This document shows, piece by piece, positions 1 to 11,476 of a stretch of 64,000 nucleotides of DNA. Origin of the DNA: Lepidodermella squamata (Eukaryota; Animalia; Gastrotricha); NCBI GenBank assembly GCA_047495785.1, contig JBLDXI010000019.1, forward strand, positions 2,976,001 through 3,040,000, given 5' to 3'. Below the pieces are notes generated by a model. It ran no database searches. It worked only from the letters and a program-made list of their open reading frames with translations, and was not told where the DNA came from. The first letter of the stretch is position 1. Each line of letters opens with the position of its first letter. Both the position numbers and the translations under genes were made by a program.

Positions 1-1
1 A

Positions 2-3000
2 GATCGGTAATTTCCATTTATTTCCATGAAAATTTATTGCAATCTGTTAATAATAATATTATTAATTTGAAGAGATCACGTTCGAGTTGAATGCCACCAC
101 GAAGCCCTGCACACCCCATTCTTAACCTCTTATATTGAAGTAAAGGAATTATCCGGAGCTCTGATTCTAAACCAGGCCAACTCGGTTTTACAATCTAGGC
201 TGTGCGCAACAATGGAAGGGGGTAATTAATTAATTTAAAAAATCAGAAAATTCAAATAAAATAATTATTACTATTTTTAATATTAAAAAGGTTGGACGTT
301 TTCTGTCTTCAGAATCAAGACTAGTGCATTGGAAGAAGACGAACTAGCCCTAGGGGCTGGTCAGCCGAAGAAAAAGCGACGTTTAGAGCAGACATTGGTC
401 GATTTTATACTGTCTCACAGATCGGTTCTGTTCATAGACAATGACGATCGCTTGTGCCTATTCAGAGCCATTGTTCACGCTCTAGCTTACCGTGATTTTA
501 ATGAGCCGAGGGCTGGTCATGAACGTCACGGAAATTTCGAACTATTGCGTCCCTATTATTCGAAAGATCGCGATGCATTAACACCATTGGCAATCCAAGA
601 GCGAGCAGTAGCATTCGAATACGAAGGGCAATTGGCTAAGCAGCTGATGGAGACTGCTGGTATTGATGGAAATAAAGATCGCTATGGCATCACGGATTTT
701 AAAAAAGCTGTTGAAACAATAGGGCTACCGTATCGTGGTAAATTCTGGTACCTGAATACTATTTCGACCCCTTACTAATTCTAAGAATTTAATTTTCTCA
801 GGGATTATTTACAACTTCAAAACGAAACAGGTTGTCGCAATTCATCCTCCGGCAACTGTTGAAATAGCTGACGAGCGAAAAATTTACATTGGTTTTATCA
901 GTAGTCAAACTATTGCTTCACATGTCGAAGGAGGCGTAGGGTCGTTCGAAAGTGTCGGACACTACGTCGGCCTAACTGGTATTTCTAACATATCAGGCGG
1001 AAAAATCATGTGCCCATACTGCTTCATGCTCCATAAGAAAAATTCCGTAGCGCATAAATGCAGTCGAAAGTGCAATAGGTGCCAAACCGTTGGGGCAGAT
1101 TGTAAAAGCAGTCGAGAGCGGGACATAATATGTCGTGGCTCTTGCGGACTATATTACCATGGAAAGCAGTGCTATGAAGCTCATGTCAAGGTGAACCCAA
1201 CTACTGGAAAATCAATCTGCGATTCTTTCTTCATGTGCAGCAAATGTGGAAGAACGTTGCCGGCGAAAGCTCGAAAAAAGCACAAATGTACGTGGTTGCG
1301 CAATTCGAAGCATGCTCAGGGAAATTTAATCTTTTAGGTGAAATTCGAAACTGCCGTGTCTGTAAAGGTGATTTGCCTCCACGCGACGAGTCTGCACCGC
1401 ACGAGTGCGTTATTCAACCTGGTAGGATTGGGAAAGTAAAGCCGAGGTTGCTTGCGTTGTTTGATTTCGAGACAATTCGAGGCAACGATGGCACCCTGAT
1501 ACCTGTAGTTGTTTGTCTCAATTTCTTTTGCGAATCTTGCAAATTCCTACCGAGCTCTGACAAATGTCCCGCAAATTGTACTAATGATGATCCACGCACT
1601 CACTCATTTGTCTCTGACGGAAGTGACAATTCTTGCGTTAACAAGCTAATGCGGTACATTCTTCAGGAGCAGTTCAGAGGTCTCTTCCTGTTGTCTCACA
1701 ATGGAGCTCGGTAATTTTAATTTCGAAAAACACTTTAGTTTTGAGATTTATTTCCCTACTATTACTATAACAAGCTTCGATCACATGTTCATCATGGCTT
1801 GGCTGCAGAGACATGAATACCAATTTGAAACTATCCACCACAACAATAGTGTCATGGAGATCAAAGTTGAAGGCAGCATTGTATTTCGCGACTTTTACTT
1901 GCTAACAATGACGAGTTTGGCAGCGCTTTTCAAAGCATTTGACCTACAAAATGAAGACATTACTGGGAAGCAATTTTTTCCCTACAACCTGTTGACGCCC
2001 GAAAACTGGTTGAAAGACGTAATCAACACCCCAACACTGAATGACTATGACACGTCAAAAATGTCATCTGCGAAAATCGATGAATTGAAACTACATATCG
2101 CACGGAATTCTTCATCTAATTTCAGCCTGAAATCGGAAACTGTTGCGTACTGTCATAGCGATGTCGTATTGCTACAGCAATGTGTAGTCAAATTCCGTGA
2201 GCTGATCCGTGAAATAACAACCATACCGGGGTCTTGTGACGACGGTATCGACCCTATCGCAGGTAAACCTAATAAAAAGTCCCTTTTGAATGAACCTCCA
2301 CCTTAAAAATTTCTGCTTTTGAAGAGTCGCGAACTCTTGCTTCACTATCAAATTTGATTTGGAGAACTCTTTATCTGGATAAAAATCTGCCTATACACCT
2401 GGTACCAAATACAGGTTATTCCGCGGGGTACATTTTTATTATTTTTACTTTTGATGAACATGATGGGAATTCTGTAAACCTCTCAGACCGAATTATTCCC
2501 GCGAATCGGTGATTTGGTTCGAATTTTTATCACGAAAAAGTAACAAGCGGATTCTGCATGCTGGAAATTCGAATGGCGAGGTCACCATCAAGTTGCCAGA
2601 AACTTCAAAATTCTATCGATTCAAACCAGACGGGGTTGTTCTGGATGAAAATGGTCACATTCGCGAAGTATTTCAATATCATTGGCACGGTTGTTTGCGA
2701 TGCTATCCTGACTGCACGAATAAGCTACACCCGGTCCGGAATGTCACCTTTGGTGAGTTGTATCGTGAGACACTGGCGAAAGATCAGGCGGTAATTGACG
2801 CCGGCTATCAGCTAACTGTCACATGGGGATGCGAAGCCAAGCGAATCATGGCTGAAGACGCTGTTTTAGCAGGCGAAATCGAGCGAACACTCACTATTGT
2901 TGACAGAGCTATGCCACGGCAATTTTACACAGGTGGACGCACCGAGGTATAATAATAATAATAACTTTTATGCAAGACCACCAAGTAACAGTCATAATGA

Positions 3001-4875
3001 CTGTTCACAGGTTTTCAGGCTACATTACGAGACATTACCAGGGGAGAAGATAAGGTATTTGGATGTGAATAGTCTGTACCCGGCTGTGCTGAGCTCGAAG
3101 CTTGGATCGGTGCAAGACGGATACGAGGAAGTATTTTTTCCTTACGGCAAGCCATGCCCGAAGGTTTTGGCAATGCGAAACAATGACATTGATCTGCGAG
3201 CACACTTCTTTTCGAAAGAAGATCCAAGCTTTGGACTTACTAGTTGCCTCGTACGAATCAAGCGTGATGTCTACCTGCCAATTCTAGGGTATAGAACGTC
3301 CAGAGGCTGCCTGAAATTCGGATCTTGCCGTTCATGTATGGAACTGGGAGCTCAAGTCGCATGTGTACACAATGACGAAGAACGATGCTTTCATGCTTAC
3401 GTGACAACTTCAGAATTGAGGCTCGCGCTCGATTATGGTCAATGCGAAATCGTCCGCTTCTATGGTACTAAATTTTCCTAATTTAATTGTATCTTCCCTA
3501 TGATATATCGTGGGCATCTCTTCATAGAGACATACCACTACCCGAAGAAATCCAACATGATATTTCGTTCGTTCATTTACGCTGGGCTCAAAGTGAGTAA
3601 TCAGTAGCTTATTTAGCCTTTTGTTTGAACTACCTGTTCACTCTAAAGATCAAGCTCGAATCCAGCGGCTATGATGGGCCTGACATTGATGACTACATTG
3701 AGACGTGCTCAAAACTGTACGGGTTTAAGATGGATAAAGACAAGCTGAAGAACCCCAATTCAGCACTGAGATCCCTTGGGAAATTGCTGTTAAACACTGG
3801 TTGGAATTGTTTAGTTGGCTAATAATTCTGATAACCTTCCATCTCTCTCTCTTTTTATTTTAGCTTATGGAAAACTGGGTCTTAGACCTGATGGAATTCA
3901 AGTTTCATATGTCGACACACCATCAGAGTTGTTGAGACTACTTCGAAGACCTGGCATGAAAATTCATGACATTGCCGTATTGCCTCCGAGTGAAGACTTC
4001 GAAGATGATGGTGATGGGATGCTAACCAAAGAACGGTTACGCATCACTCATTCAACTGAATTGGAAGAGTTCCAACCCTCGTTACCTGTGTCTAACATTG
4101 TTCTAGCAGCCATGGTTACTTCTGCTGCTAGAATTTACCTCTTCAAACAGCTCCATCGGCTCCAGGCAACCTTGTTGTATACTGATACTGGTGAGAATTC
4201 CGAAACAAAGTGCCCTAAATTCAACCATGAGTCGATCTTTCATTCATGTTTTAGACTCTTGCATTTACGTGGAAAAGCCGGGATCAGCCGTGCCACTGCA
4301 CACAGGCGACTGTCTGGGTAAATATATTGAACCGTTCAGAATAAAAAAGAAAAAAAATCGGAATGAATATTCTTAAACTATTATAGGTAACTGGAAAGAT
4401 GAGATCGGATCGGGAGATTACATCACAAAGTAAGGAATGAATATAACGAATTCAAAATCCAAAGTTAAATGTACCTTTCTCAGATTTATTGGTTTGGCAC
4501 CGAAGACGTATCTGATACAACAATCTAACGGAGTAAGCTCTCCTGAACTTCTGACTAAACGAACAATTCTTAATCTAATTATTGTACTAGCAAACTACAA
4601 TTCGAATGAAAGGCTTCCAGCTGAAACCTGCCCTCGAGAGGCAAGTCAACTACGACAGTTTCATGCGACTTCTTCACTCTATCAATGCTGACAAGAACGC
4701 AGACGAGGCTTGTTTGAAGTTGGAACAGCAGGTTTGGCGCCGATTTCAGTGCCATCCCTATGCAAAGGTTGCAATTCAAGATGTGATAAAAACACTCCGA
4801 TTCAAGTTTATGAAACGCTTCATTTCAGATTATGAAACATTCGAAACTGTACCCTTTGGTTATATTAAGGGCTAA
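2..4875 (+). CDS. Protein-primed family B DNA polymerase (pPolB), 5'-partial, 15 introns, ~1315 aa visible
   Basis: GT-AG introns 7-72, 222-290, 738-801, 1288-1337, 1711-1774, 2263-2324, 2428-2486, 2947-3010, 3465-3527, 3593-3648, 3800-3863, 4191-4254, 4318-4386, 4430-4483, 4533-4590. Spliced length 3948 nt is a multiple of 3 with no internal stop. Motifs: ExoI FDFET, ExoII HNGARFD, ExoIII YCHSDV, GGRTEVF, motif A DVNSLYP, motif B KLLLNTAYGKLG, motif C YTDTDS, APKTY, KGF, C-terminal VPFGY. Confidence 0.93.
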
Positions 4876-4892
4876 CGGACTGAATTGTGAGC

Positions 4893-6054
4893 ATGGCGAT
4901 GTACAATAATAATAATAATATCGCCATGCTTTCTGACGAGGACTATGTAACTCTTGATGAGCTTTTACATCCATTATATTATACTGCTAACTTGCCCAGT
5001 TCATTTCGATCTATTAAAATTCTGTACGAAGCTGCAAAGGCCAGGTATCCAAATAATCGGGTCATTACCTATAAAACAGTTCGAGAATGGCTATCGGCTC
5101 AACCGGCTTATAGCCTTTTCCGGCAAGCTTCTACGCGCAATCGTAAGCTTTATAGGCGAGTTGCGGTACATGCTAAGGGTTCCACCTTTGCTGGGGACCT
5201 AATGGAAATTACGAAGGAATATCAATTTTTCAACGCGAGAAAGAAGTACGTCCTATGCATAAAGGACCTTTTTACCCGCAAAACTTGGTTGAGGGTGTTG
5301 AAAAATAAAACAGCTGCTATAGTGCTTGGTGCGATTAAAGGTATCATGTCCGAAATCGACTTGATCCCTAATCAGGTAATTACTGACAAAGGTAAGAGAA
5401 AACATCTGTCTGCCGCAGTGTCTTAATCTCCATTTAAAATCTCTGATCTAATTAGGATCCGAGTTTCGCGATAAGAAAGTTCAAAAGTACTTTTCTGATC
5501 TCGGCGCCAGGTTTTACCTCACTAATTCTCCCAAGAAGGTGGGTGCAATCGAGACATTTATCAAGAACCTTCGAATGCGATTGGTTCGATATATGATGGC
5601 TAATAACACTAAAAATTTCATCGATAAACTTGACGACATTTTGGATGCAATCAATAGCTGCCCAAATTCAACAACCGGCTTTAGCCCTGATGAGTTATGG
5701 AACCTTAACCCTGAATTGAATGTGGCGCTTTCGCAACCCGGTTTCATGACTGTTTATGAGGATCACCCAGACAATTTAGTCGCTCATCGAAACGCTTTCA
5801 AGACGATTCGCCAAATACGAGTGAAATTCAATTTGGGAGATCGCGTTCGGATCTTGCAACAGCGGAAAATTTTCAAAAACCGAATTAAACACCCGACTTT
5901 TAGCGACAGAATCTACCATGTGACTGAAATTCTTCCTCAAAATGATCACTCGACGGTGGCTTACCGCGTATCATCTGACCCCAACGATAAATCCGGGCAA
6001 CTGAAGCGTGTTTTCTACACGCATGAGCTCCAGAAGTTATATAAAGAGAAGTGA
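4893..6054 (+). CDS. Retroviral-like (rve) DDE integrase, 1 intron (5392-5455), ~365 aa
   Basis: Spliced product reads ...AGDLME...IKDLFTRKTW...ITDK/GSEF...KVGAIETFIKNLR...; D,D,E triad intact; C-terminal FNLGDRVRI...VFYTHELQK. Confidence 0.92.
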
Positions 6055-6069
6055 TTTCGCACGCACCTT

Positions 6070-6342
6070 ATGGTAATGTCATCCATTTCAAATCCCGAAC
6101 TTGCGTCAACTGATCGTCGATCTCAGCAACTTCGACCTTTTCTCCTTGCAACGAGAACCGCAACTGCTTTTCAACCACCGAGTTTATCAAGCGTACCTAG
6201 ATCCTCTTCATCATTAGCATCGCGATCAAAGCAAGTACTCGCCCTGGCTCTTACTCTGGTTTTACTGCTTTTGACCTTGGTTGTCCACCATCTACTATAT
6301 CCAACCGTACCTACTCTACCTAATAATGCTGTCAGTCAATAG
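6070..6342 (+). CDS. Small Ser-rich protein with one hydrophobic (putative TM) helix, within the Maverick
   Basis: 90-aa ATG ORF preceded by TATATAAA (~6038-6045); hydrophobic stretch VLALALTLVLLLLTLVV. Confidence 0.5.
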   Translation: MVMSSISNPELASTDRRSQQLRPFLLATRTATAFQPPSLSSVPRSSSSLASRSKQVLALALTLVLLLLTLVVHHLLYPTVPTLPNNAVSQ

Positions 6343-7511
6343 CTACTACGGCAAGGACTTGATTCTAGTTCTACCATCTCATGCGTCATCAGATTTGTAT
6401 CCTCAAAATACTGCTGCAGAGTTCAAAGTCAAGCTTCCACATATTATTGGTAAGTTGAATAAACTCGTATCGTCTTGCATCTTGTTACGCCTTCCGATAA
6501 TAGATTTAGGGAGCGTTGGCTCTCATGAAGCTGCCCTCCTCGAGGTTTGCACTCCATCGCAGGTTGTTTCGCTGAAAAAGTCCACTTTTTTCGTTTTCAA
6601 AACCTCTTGGTTGGACCGTGGCACTCTTGAGGAATCACCTTACAACAACCCTTTGGAGTTTGCCGAGTGCCATGTGGGTGGTCGCATCTACGAGACAATG
6701 ACAGATTACATCAATGACTTGCTCTCTGCTATGCCTGAATGGGCTGAAATCAACATGGCCTATGAGGAAGGCAAAGATCGCATTCGCTTTGACCTAAAAC
6801 CCGGCTTCGGGTTGTACCTTCCCGAATTTACGGGGCAGATTCTTGGTTTTGGAAAGGCTGTCGTTTTAATTAACGTCCCTCCAGATGAAGAGTCTAGTGG
6901 GGATGAAGATTGGCAGCAGAGACATGAACGGGAATATTTGAGCCTCTTCAGTCATTTATTGCGATTTATACTGGCCGGAAAAGATGGCAAAAAGTTGGTA
7001 ATGGCAAATGGGAAAAAACCTACATATCAGACCGACGAAGATGGTAAATTAACCCTGAATCTTTATCAGAGGAGTTTGGCAGATGAGGTCTCATTGGCCG
7101 CTGAGGTTGCTTATCGATCCACGCGCAAAGATCAGCCGCTCTACTCTGAATTCATTCCGCAAATTCATTTCCACACTCCGCTGATTTATTGCTACACGGA
7201 CCTCATTGAGCCGGTTATTTGCGGTGATAAAAGTGTCCCTTTGCTGCGAGTTTTTCCCGCGTCTTCTGGCGCATCCAACAAGCAAAAGTACAACCTGATC
7301 AGTTTTGCTGGCTCAACACCGTACTATCACCCAATCAAGTCGCAATTTTTGGACACCCTGAGCTTCATGATGTGCCTCGATTCAGGTATCTGTGATTTTC
7401 TTCTTCATCGTCAGCTGTGATTTTTACGAATTGATGATTTTAGGAGAGAAATTAGTATTTAAACAAGGGAAAAGTATGCTGACAATCCACATACGTCCCA
7501 TTCGCCATTAA
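6326..7511 (+). CDS. Minor capsid (penton-like) protein, 2 introns (6450-6503, 7386-7443), ~357 aa
   Basis: N-terminal LVLPSHASSDLYPQNTAAEFKVKLPHIIDL...HEAALLEV and C-terminal IYCYTDLIEPVICGDKSVPLLR...DSGEKLVFKQGKSMLTIHIRP match the Maverick minor capsid pattern. Confidence 0.88.
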
Positions 7512-7513
7512 AA

Positions 7514-8035
7514 ATGCGACAACCTATTAGCTCCGATTCATACCTGCACTGGTTTCAGCAACAACAGACTGGTCGTGGGATTTCTTCTTCAATCCAACCA
7601 TTCACTGGACCCTCTATTGTTTTGATGCCACAAGTCGGTAATGGCTTGGGTAAGAACGGCGATTAGTTTTCATCAACATTCTTAGGAATTTCTCGTGTGT
7701 TGTTTTTTTTCTTTTCAAAAAAAATATTAGGTACTTGGCTCCGAGGTTGGGTACGAAATAGCCTGATTCCATTTCTACCCAGGCTCTTGAACACTGCTGC
7801 TACAGCGGCATCCAACATAGCTTCAGATATCTCCACGCGTCAACAGAGTGGCGCAGATCTCAATGTAGCTGAGGTTTTTAAAAACCGAGGATTGGAAGGT
7901 CTCAAGTCTGTTGGCAAAGAAGCTGTTAATCATTTAGCTTCTCAGTATGGATCTGGAAAGCGCAAACGCAAAGGGAAACCAAAAAAGCGTGCAGTTTTGT
8001 TCAAGCAGCCAAAATCGGATCGCATTTTGTTCTAA
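7514..8035 (+). CDS. Conserved Maverick QxGxG-motif basic protein (probable virion core protein/protease substrate), 1 intron (7650-7730), ~146 aa
   Basis: QTGRG...QVGNGL/GTWLRGWVRNSLIPFL (amphipathic)...QYGSGKRKRKGKPKKR; lies between the minor and major capsid genes. Confidence 0.8.
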
Positions 8036-8111
8036 TTAAGTGTGTGTATATAAAGGATCTTCAGAAATTGAATAAATTGTAATCGCCCAAGTGCTTTACG
8101 TTTTTACAATC

Positions 8112-9461
8112 ATGTCTGACCATGCTATTAGAGCCGAATTAGCTGTTTTTGCCTCACCTGCATTCACAAATGAAATCACAGGAACGCACGTAACTGAATG
8201 CTTTCCAACAACATCGATAAGTGGAGCCCAGCAGATAACATTTGTTATCCCTGCTTCTGAAGCCTTCACAGACCTCAGTCACACCTATTTATCAATCAAG
8301 GCTACGCTAACACCGACGAATGATGACATCACAACAGAGACATTTTGCTGCGCGGGCGTAAATAACCTGTTGAACTCCTTATTCGAGGACTGTCACATTT
8401 ATCTCAACGAATGCTTAATCACGCAGAATTCTTCGCTCCATAGCTACCAGGCATATATGGAAAACTTCTTATCGGCAACACAAGATATCCAGTCTACAAA
8501 GCTCACCAACGTTGGTTGGTACCCTGATACCCCCGGGTTGTTCAACAATCTGAAGGAAAATGCAGGGTTCAAATCTCGTCGTGCGCTGGTGAAGAATTTC
8601 GAACAAAAACCCGTCATCTCTTTGCTGGGGAAAATTTCGACCGATTTCTTCAATCAGGAACGATATTTGATCCCACAAACAAGCGTGCGAATTAAGCTGA
8701 CTCTACACAAGCCAGAGTTTTTCCTTATGTCTGATAATCTGGCAAATTACGAGTTCAAACTTCTGGAGGCGGTCTTGCTAGTAAAACGAGTTGAGGTTGT
8801 TCCCGAGGTCACCATTGCACTTGAAAAGGCGCTATTGGAAGCACCGGCTCGTTACAGTTTCACTCATACGGTGACTAAGCCATTCAATTTGCCTACTAAT
8901 ATGACGGCCATTTTCCTCAACAACGTTGTATTAGGAGTGATTCCCGAAAAGATTGTATTAGGTAAAAAGAAAAAACCCATTTTTTTTCAGACCATTCCAA
9001 TATAACTTGTTTTACCATTGCAAGCCATGGTCGAGGATGAAGGTATTCAGGGTTCAGCTGCCACCAACCCTTTCAGGTTTCAACATTTCGGTCTTCAGAA
9101 TATAACAATTACCATCGATGGAAAGGCTGTTGGTGGCACACCTCTTGCAATGGATTTCGAAGCTAACGATTGTGCCCGAGTTTACCAACTCATGCAAGAT
9201 ACCATATTTCCGACTTCGAATTCAAAGTGTGTCAACATAAGTCGGGATGATTTCGTCAAAGGTGGTGGCTTTGTCATGGCATTCGACTTGAGTCAGGATT
9301 CGGATCCTAATGGACGTTTGACGCAGACAGGACAGATGGCGATCAACCTTCTCTTCAGCAAGAAACTGACTTCTCCAACGACTTTGATTGCCGTAATGTA
9401 TTATAAAAACAAGACGCTAGAAATTCAGGCCAACAGAACAGTCCTGCATAATTTCTTCTAA
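8112..9461 (+). CDS. Major capsid protein (double jelly-roll), 1 intron (8962-9024), ~428 aa
   Basis: AELAVF...ITFVIP...DLSHTYL...NNLLNSLFED...DFFNQERYLIP...IPEKIVL/AMV...NPFRFQHF...AFDLS, the Polinton MCP pattern; TATATAAA upstream at ~8047. Confidence 0.92.
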
Positions 9462-9467
9462 GAAAAC

Positions 9468-9959
9468 ATGAACACCCTGGAACTGAATGCTTTGCTCCAT
9501 TCCGACCCTATTATCAATCAAGGTGTTTACGCTACAATTCCGTGCGATATGCTTCATTATTACGAAAACTATGATATGCATACTAAGCCTCTTTACCTAA
9601 TCGTGAATGCCTCTCCAAGCTCGACAGCAGGCACTCATTGGATAGCCATACATGTAACGGAAACATCAATTACCTTCATGGACTCTTATGGTCAGGATTC
9701 GGGATCTTGGTCGGTTCGTCTGGACCATTTCATCGGTAACATGGCGAATTGTGGCAGGAAGCTCGTATCATTCAATCACCGCGGCCTTCAACCGTTTGAC
9801 AGTGCCTACTGTGGTTTGTATTGCCTGGTATTCCTACATCAGTCAGCTCGCGGTGTTTCCCTACCTAATATTCTTTCGTTAATCACTAATCATGGCTGGA
9901 ATACGAGAGCCGAAAATGACGCTTTTGTTGCACGCTTTGTTAAGGACAACTTTGCATAG
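9468..9959 (+). CDS. Adenain-like (clan CE) maturation cysteine protease, original copy
   Basis: GTHW (His), FMDSYG (Asp), LQ...CGLYC (Gln, Cys); intronless, 163 aa. Confidence 0.92.
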   Translation: MNTLELNALLHSDPIINQGVYATIPCDMLHYYENYDMHTKPLYLIVNASPSSTAGTHWIAIHVTETSITFMDSYGQDSGSWSVRLDHFIGNMANCGRKLVSFNHRGLQPFDSAYCGLYCLVFLHQSARGVSLPNILSLITNHGWNTRAENDAFVARFVKDNFA

Positions 9960-9982
9960 TATATAAAAAGAGCTGCTTGTAA

Positions 9983-10832
9983 ATGTTACCTACCATACAT
10001 AATATTAATAAATCCATAACGGAAGATTATATGACGATGACTTCGTTTACCACAGCTTTCCAGGCACCTTGTACTATAATCATTTCTGGCCCTAGTCAGG
10101 GTGGAAAATCAACACTAATCAAAGATATTTTGCTGTACCCTGGCTCATTCGATAGACCTATCGATAGGGTAGTTTGGTTTCGAGGTATTGCTCAACCAGG
10201 TCATGTCGAACTCAGTCAACAAGTTCGGGCAGTGCGTGGAATTCCGATCGAATATCGGGATGACATAACAACCTTTCACGAGGCTGATTACCTGGGACCT
10301 GGGCATAAGCTGCTGGTATTCGATGATAATTACTGCGATGCCAAGGATATGAAGCAAGTTGCAGAACTGTTTTACCGCGGTTCGCATCACAGCCAAATTT
10401 CAGTAATAATGGCGCAAAATAATTTATTTCCTCGGTTTGTTTACTGCTATATGAATAATATATTATAACCATGATTTTTAGAGGAAAGTTTTCCCGAGAT
10501 GTCACCTTGAATGCGAGATACATTATTGTTTTTCGCTCACCTTGTGACATGACTCAGTTCGGACACCTGGCTCGTCGAATTTTACCCAAAGACTGGAGAT
10601 TCTTGCAAGGTTAACAATTTAAATTTCATTTGAATATTACCGCTTCACATCATTAAAATATATAGAGAGCTTTGACATTGCTACGAGCGCGCCTTTTGGT
10701 TATCTTTTAATAGATAACACATCATCTTGCCCGCCGTTACTCCGTTTTCGAAACTTTATCGGATCTCGAACTGGCAACGTTTTTGTAAAGGTGGAAGACG
10801 TTCCCAGCTTGAACCTACCACTGACTATATAA
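9983..10832 (+). CDS. A32/FtsK-like genome packaging ATPase, copy 1, introns 10435-10481 and 10610-10665
   Basis: Walker A GPSQGGKST, Walker B LLVFDD, GSHH, QNNLFPR/GKFSRDVTLNARYII, PFGYLLID. The true start may be ATG 10031, given the TATA box at ~9960. Confidence 0.9.
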
Positions 10833-11032
10833 AAAGGACTCTGTGTTACAGTAGGAATAAACACATCAAACTCTTGATTATGTTCGGTTTATTGTGTTAC
10901 TACTACTACGAATACTACTACTACTACTACAGTATATGTTAAGCATACGTAGATTAAGTAAGCGATATATAGTATATATAGTATTGTCCAGTGTCAGTTT
11001 AGTCCATTGAGCCGAGAACGAATTCTCTCTCT

Positions 11033-11476
11033 CTACTCGTTCAGGTTCGAGAGCATGTAGTAGATCATGTGCTGCAGTTCCATGAAGACTGCATCTGAGG
11101 CACAAAAACCATCTTGCGAGAATTCCTGCGAATTTTCTTGTCCAATGATGATATTACCCGCAGCAGGCAGGAAAAGGCGGACATCGACATATGTGCGGGG
11201 TGACCCGTTCGGACGAAATACCTTGGCGTGAAACATTCCTCCGATGTGATGTTTCGGTCCATTGCACATCATCTTCCCTCTCGGTAGTTTCAGCTCCTGC
11301 TTGATCTTGTCAACCCATGAGCCTTCGATCTGCATGCTTTCATAAATCATTCGCAGCTCTCGAGCTGAGAGATACAAACCCTTGCGTGTATAGTAGAGTT
11401 TGTTCACTTCGATTGCATGACCAATGAAAAACTCAAGATCTGGAACGTGATCATCATGATTTCGACGCAAGATCAT
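11033..11476 (-). CDS. N-terminally truncated copy of the PC4-like gene, created by the duplication
   Basis: Identical to the C-terminal 147 aa of 14951-15604; lacks the native N-terminus and promoter. Confidence 0.45.
   Translation of the reverse strand: MILRRNHDDHVPDLEFFIGHAIEVNKLYYTRKGLYLSARELRMIYESMQIEGSWVDKIKQELKLPRGKMMCNGPKHHIGGMFHAKVFRPNGSPRTYVDVRLFLPAAGNIIIGQENSQEFSQDGFCASDAVFMELQHMIYYMLSNLNE

Noticed and set aside
329-4875. Reading the fragmented pPolB ORFs as a frameshifted pseudogene
   Set aside because: Every break coincides with an AT-rich GT-AG segment whose removal restores both frame and motif.
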